Of a stretch of 37,103 bases of DNA, positions 33,149-37,103 are shown in pieces. Origin of the DNA: a virus; IMG/VR virus record IMGVR_UViG_3300009372_000131; one strand, given 5' to 3'. Every line of letters starts with the position of its first letter. The first letter of the stretch is position 1. The notes under the pieces were generated by a model. That model was not told the origin of the DNA. It did not search any database and was given only the letters and a program-made list of their open reading frames with translations. Made by a program: the position numbers and the translations under genes.

Positions 33149-34852
33149 TCAGGTGTGGAGTGATGTTGTGGTCATCCAGTTTGGTCCCTGCGGGCGTGAG
33201 ATGCCGTCAGCGTCAGCGAGGAACTTCTCGATTGCGATGTCTGTCAGTTCCTCTTTGCGTCTTACCATTTGTGTCGCAGCATCTTTGGCGAGTTGATCGA
33301 TGAAGTGTGTGCAGGCTTGAGCAAGCACATCAACCCTGTCATCATTTGGCAGGCATCCCTTTGAGCGATTGATCCTTGAAATCTGGTAGGCGAGTGAGTA
33401 ATGCGCTGCCCTCTCACCGCGGTCAGAGCTCTGCACAGAGTTGTAGTCTTTTGCCAGCACCTTCTTGTCAACAACTAGACGATGAGAAGAGAGGATAGGC
33501 TCAAGCGATTGATCAATGATCCTGACCTCCTTCTGTCCTGTGCTCCTAGATTCGCTGATCACGCAGGGGTAGATCTCGCGCATCACAGGACGCATCAGCT
33601 CTGTCACAGCGCCATCCCCGAAGTTGTTCTCAATGATGATCTCATTCACTTCCCAGCGCTTGCAGTATTGAGCAATTGACCTGAGCGTCTTCTCTGAGTA
33701 TCCGTCTAGCCAACCCTCGACCTGGCGTATGAAGATATACCCATTCAGTACTTGCGCGATGCAGATAGCTGACTCATCTTTGCCGCGTCCACTTGGGTCA
33801 AATGCACAGATTGTCTTCTCAGGCTCGAGGTGATCGCCTTCAACCTTGAAAGGTCTGTAGTACCTGTCCCCGCTGAATCCTATGCAGGGCAGGTCTTTGA
33901 TCTCTAGATCAGGGTCAGCAGCCCAGATCAAGCGCTCAGGCAGCAGGGTCTTGTCAAGACTATGCACGATCATGTCACTCAACTTCAGAGGCCAACGGTC
34001 AGCGTCTGTTGTCGTAGTGTTCAGCTGATACTGCAGCTTGAAGTTCTGCGTACCACTCGAGGCTTGTCTCTCGGCTAGATCTAGATCTGTGAACCTGCCT
34101 GGATCAGTCGCGCTGCCTTCGATTTTAGGATTGTCCAACAGCGCCTGGTGAATCGATGGAGCCAACCCACCATCGTAGTGGTTGATGTCCTCCTGACTGG
34201 GGTAACGCGCCGGCCAGTAGCGGGTTGAGAAACCCTTCGACTTGAGTGACCTGTAGATCGATTCATGTGATTGAGGTGTTCCTAGGATGATCTGCCTTCC
34301 CCCGGCCTTCATCAGGTTCTCGAACTCTGCGATGCGATGCAGCAGGCGCTCGCGCATCAGGGGGCTGATTGAATTGTTGAGGCTTTCAGCATCATCAGCA
34401 ATCAAGATGTCAGAGCGCATGCCGGTGAGCTGGCCCGTAGCACCTGAAGAATACACAGAAGGCTGATGTGCGGCCGGTGCGCCGGCAACATCGAAGGCAA
34501 CCTTAGCATTGCGTTGGTCAGGCCCAGGATACATATGCTTGAAGATCTCCATCTCCTGCATCAGCCGCATGCAGAACCCACTGAAGAGGTCAGCTCGAGC
34601 TCTTGAAGCGCTGACAATCACGCAGTTGAGAGCAGGATTGTGCAGCAATGAGTGCAGGATGAACGCTGAAGTCAACAGACTCTTTCCGATCCCCCTGTAG
34701 CCGCATATGAAGATCCTCTGATCCTCTGTTTGCAGGAAATCTGCTAGTTCGTACTGCAGCGGGGTAGGGTCAAACCCCAGATGAGTGAAGACCAGGTACG
34801 CTGTGTTACGAAAGTCCTTGAGTCTTGGGTCAATCTGAGGCGCTTTTGTCAA
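33149..34852 (-). CDS. terL: Terminase large subunit (T7 gp19-like)
   Basis: 567 aa. FICGYRGIGKSLLTSAF, VIVSASRARAD, GATGQLTGMRSDILIADDAE and ILGTPQSHES parallel T7 gp19 ([57 protein letters not shown]). TTG start in a TTGA overlap with terS. Confidence 0.95.
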   Translation of the reverse strand: MTKAPQIDPRLKDFRNTAYLVFTHLGFDPTPLQYELADFLQTEDQRIFICGYRGIGKSLLTSAFILHSLLHNPALNCVIVSASRARADLFSGFCMRLMQEMEIFKHMYPGPDQRNAKVAFDVAGAPAAHQPSVYSSGATGQLTGMRSDILIADDAESLNNSISPLMRERLLHRIAEFENLMKAGGRQIILGTPQSHESIYRSLKSKGFSTRYWPARYPSQEDINHYDGGLAPSIHQALLDNPKIEGSATDPGRFTDLDLAERQASSGTQNFKLQYQLNTTTTDADRWPLKLSDMIVHSLDKTLLPERLIWAADPDLEIKDLPCIGFSGDRYYRPFKVEGDHLEPEKTICAFDPSGRGKDESAICIAQVLNGYIFIRQVEGWLDGYSEKTLRSIAQYCKRWEVNEIIIENNFGDGAVTELMRPVMREIYPCVISESRSTGQKEVRIIDQSLEPILSSHRLVVDKKVLAKDYNSVQSSDRGERAAHYSLAYQISRINRSKGCLPNDDRVDVLAQACTHFIDQLAKDAATQMVRRKEELTDIAIEKFLADADGISRPQGPNWMTTTSLHT

Positions 34853-35100
34853 CCTACCATCTCGCTAGGTCCATCAGTCACACTCTTGTGCTCAGGGTCA
34901 ACGAAAGGCAGGCGCTCAGAGATCTCAAGAATAGGTGTCTCGTTCAGCAGGACACGCTCGAAGAAGTTCGCGTCTTTCATTAGAGAGCGGAACTCCTTGA
35001 TTTCCTGAGCTGTAGCCTCACCCGCTTTGATGCGGTCAAGCAATGTCTCGATAGAGGCGTGAAAGCCCTCCTCGAATAGATCATCGAATGAAGTCTTCAT
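34849..35100 (-). CDS. Terminase small subunit (gp18-like)
   Basis: 83 aa from the ATG at 35100 (TGATG overlap with the upstream gene; the track ORF starts at GTG 35115). Size and position directly upstream of terL are as for T7 gp18. Confidence 0.55.
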   Translation of the reverse strand: MKTSFDDLFEEGFHASIETLLDRIKAGEATAQEIKEFRSLMKDANFFERVLLNETPILEISERLPFVDPEHKSVTDGPSEMVG

Positions 35101-35429
35101 CACTCCACCAACCACGCACCGAGTGTCGCGCTTGAAATGGCTTTGATTACGCAGCGCATCTCAGGGAAGATTACAACAACAGACGCAATTGTAGTGTCAC
35201 CTGAAAGAGCTAGGTTGTTGTGGTCATCGATGGAGGTTTCAGTGAATTGTTCAATCACATACCAATCTGCTTCAGATGAGGCACGCCCCTCGAGATTGAT
35301 TGTGAAGGTGCCTGATTCGTCCCAGTCTATTTGGAAGATGCCTGATTCGTCCCCGCTGCGCTGGGGGTAGATTGGAAGAGTGGTTACTGTTCCAGTTCGA
35401 TCTGTGAAGAAGGTGTTTATCTGTCCCAT
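35100..35429 (-). CDS. Hypothetical protein
   Basis: 109 aa ORF between the small membrane protein and terS. No motif recognised. Confidence 0.5.
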   Translation of the reverse strand: MGQINTFFTDRTGTVTTLPIYPQRSGDESGIFQIDWDESGTFTINLEGRASSEADWYVIEQFTETSIDDHNNLALSGDTTIASVVVIFPEMRCVIKAISSATLGAWLVE

Positions 35430-35436
35430 GGTGTTG

Positions 35437-35655
35437 TTAAGTCAAAAGGTTGAAGATGAGGGCGATGCCACAAGAGCACGCGGCAGAGAGTCCGAGCACC
35501 CAGGACTTGCTTTTTTCAAGTTCTCGAATGCGCGTCTCATGACCACGAAATGCCCTGTTCAGGTTTGATGTCTGGGAGATGAGTGCGTCCACTTTCCCCT
35601 CGAGCCTACCAAGAAGGAAGTGCACATCATGGTCATCCCCAGCGCTAGGACTCAT
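35437..35655 (-). CDS. Small tail-anchored membrane protein, in the position of the T7 gp17.5 holin
   Basis: 72 aa. Coiled-coil-like LGRLEGKVDALISQTSNLNRAFRGHETRIRELEK, then the C-terminal TM WVLGLSAACSCGIALIFNLL. It lies between the fibre genes and terS. Confidence 0.45.
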   Translation of the reverse strand: MSPSAGDDHDVHFLLGRLEGKVDALISQTSNLNRAFRGHETRIRELEKSKSWVLGLSAACSCGIALIFNLLT

Positions 35656-37103
35656 GCGACAGTGATTGTGTGCGTGCCAGGTGCAGCAGTATTCAGTACT
35701 GCATTACCCCTGGGAGACCAATGAATGCCCGCCTTAGGCCAATGTGTAGTTGGCGCAGGAGGTGCTGTAGACGCGGTGAACTGCTGGAACTCAACGCTGT
35801 GCATCAGCACGCCTTCCTTGTTCTGTGCCATCTCCACAGGTGTACTGCCGTGAGTGGCTGAATCGTATGCGATGGGGTACTGAATAGGATTGACTGAGTC
35901 AGTTCCTTCAACCTCTGCCCCAATCCCATCCGAGTAGACGAAACTCGAGTCGATCTTGTGACAGTAATAGTACCCCACACCAAACGCATCTTCGAACACA
36001 CCGTAGGTGTCGTCATCATGCCCTGAGTGCTGCTCCCAAAACCAGTGCTTAACTCCTGACGAGTCGGGAAAGACGCTGACTGAAGCACCGTTCTTGGCAA
36101 CACCTGGCGTGAGCCCGGTAACATCAGTTGCAAATGTAGCACCGTGATTGCGGTCCTGCGTGCGTACACGCATCCCTACCCTATGCAGTGCAATGTTCCG
36201 ATTGAGCACCTCGTTCTCAGTCCAGTGAGCAATGCGGTAGACACTCCTTGACCATGCTTGCGTGATGTGGCCTGTGTCAGGCCCTCCACCCCAGACCACA
36301 TCGAAGCTCTGGCGAATATAAGGCAGCGCCCCAGCATCGGTGTAGTTGGCGTTGGGCGTGAACGCAGATAGGGCCGTTCCTGTGACGGGGTCAGTAGCTT
36401 TTGAATCTGTCGTATTCTGCGGCTCCGCAGTTCCAATAGGCAGTGACTTGTCATCCTGATCAACGCCGCCTAGCAATGTGTTCCTAGGGTCAGCCGGAAT
36501 GCGAGGCCAATCTGTTGTCAGAGGCCACCACTCTGTACCTGCACCCATTGTATCTGTGCTGTGACACCAGAGATTCTCGTCAGCGTGGACAGGCTTTGCG
36601 CCAGTCACCCAGGCTTGAGTGTCAGGATCCCAAAGCCTGTCAGAGTACGCTACCTGGTCGCTCTCATAGTCAGCGACAATAGTGCCTGATGTTCCTGAAG
36701 CCATGCTGCCGTCATGCTCAACGGTGAAATTGCGAGATTGCGTACCGGCCGCAAATACGAGAGAGCCCGACGCGGTGCCTGTGATCGCTGACGCTAGGTC
36801 CCCTTCAGCCTTCCAGTAGATCGTAGGCTCTTCGCCGGCCAGAGGTATGTAGCTGAGGTGGACCCCAACAACTTGAGCAGTTTCTGCAGCAACTGACCCT
36901 CCTGGTGTGCTGATGTCCACCAGAGGAGGATCTGTTGAAGGGATGATCACTACCTGGCAGTGATTTGTTGCTGCGCTCAAGACCGCACCATCCACTGCTG
37001 TGATGGTGATGTTTAAGAACTTCTCGAAGAACCACTTCTCCTGGTCAATCAGTGTGATCTGAATAATAGCAGAGCTGTTGCCTTGCCTAATCGTGAGCGG
37101 GCT
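35652..37103 (-). CDS. Tail fibre/tailspike-like protein 2, C-terminal part (continuation of 407..1 across the junction)
   Basis: The track ORF 35652..36995 stays open upstream to the window end. The translation across the junction is continuous (..ITAVDGAVLSAATNHCQVVII..). Confidence 0.75.
   Translation of the reverse strand, partial: SPLTIRQGNSSAIIQITLIDQEKWFFEKFLNITITAVDGAVLSAATNHCQVVIIPSTDPPLVDISTPGGSVAAETAQVVGVHLSYIPLAGEEPTIYWKAEGDLASAITGTASGSLVFAAGTQSRNFTVEHDGSMASGTSGTIVADYESDQVAYSDRLWDPDTQAWVTGAKPVHADENLWCHSTDTMGAGTEWWPLTTDWPRIPADPRNTLLGGVDQDDKSLPIGTAEPQNTTDSKATDPVTGTALSAFTPNANYTDAGALPYIRQSFDVVWGGGPDTGHITQAWSRSVYRIAHWTENEVLNRNIALHRVGMRVRTQDRNHGATFATDVTGLTPGVAKNGASVSVFPDSSGVKHWFWEQHSGHDDDTYGVFEDAFGVGYYYCHKIDSSFVYSDGIGAEVEGTDSVNPIQYPIAYDSATHGSTPVEMAQNKEGVLMHSVEFQQFTASTAPPAPTTHWPKAGIHWSPRGNAVLNTAAPGTHTITVA
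36985..37103. repeat. Terminal overlap, copy 2 (identical to 1-119)
   Basis: Direct comparison. Confidence 0.95.

Overview
This window is a complete, circularly closed genome of a T7-like (Autographiviridae-type) podovirus. Nt 1-119 are identical to nt 36985-37103, so the unique length is 36,984 bp. The contig junction falls inside a tail-fibre-like gene that wraps around it. Almost every gene is on the minus strand, tightly packed with ATGA/TAATG-type overlaps, in canonical T7 order: early genes, single-subunit RNA polymerase, gp2.5-like SSB, junction resolvase, primase-helicase, family A DNA polymerase, gp6-like exonuclease, gp6.7-like protein, portal, scaffold, major capsid plus strong terminator, tail tubular A/B, internal virion proteins gp13-16-like, two fibre/spike genes, small and large terminase. 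Non-canonical content includes: a tyrosine integrase heading the early operon with no recognisable repressor; a C5-cytosine methyltransferase whose family motifs are split between two fully open overlapping frames; a divergent plus-strand three-gene cassette (GP88-like Cys-cluster protein and two small ORFs); a LAGLIDADG-type homing endonuclease overlapping the DNA polymerase 3' end; and two small membrane proteins (2-TM, and lipoprotein with C-terminal TM) between scaffold and capsid. A roughly 1.7-kb gene-poor region (31.4-33.15 kb) holds several 10-bp-phased tandem repeat arrays, a (TA)10 tract, a T7-consensus-like promoter and a 20-bp tandem duplication. This region is probably where the origin, packaging signals and physical ends lie. 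No rRNA, tRNA or CRISPR was found, no endolysin was recognised, and the host cannot be determined from the sequence alone.
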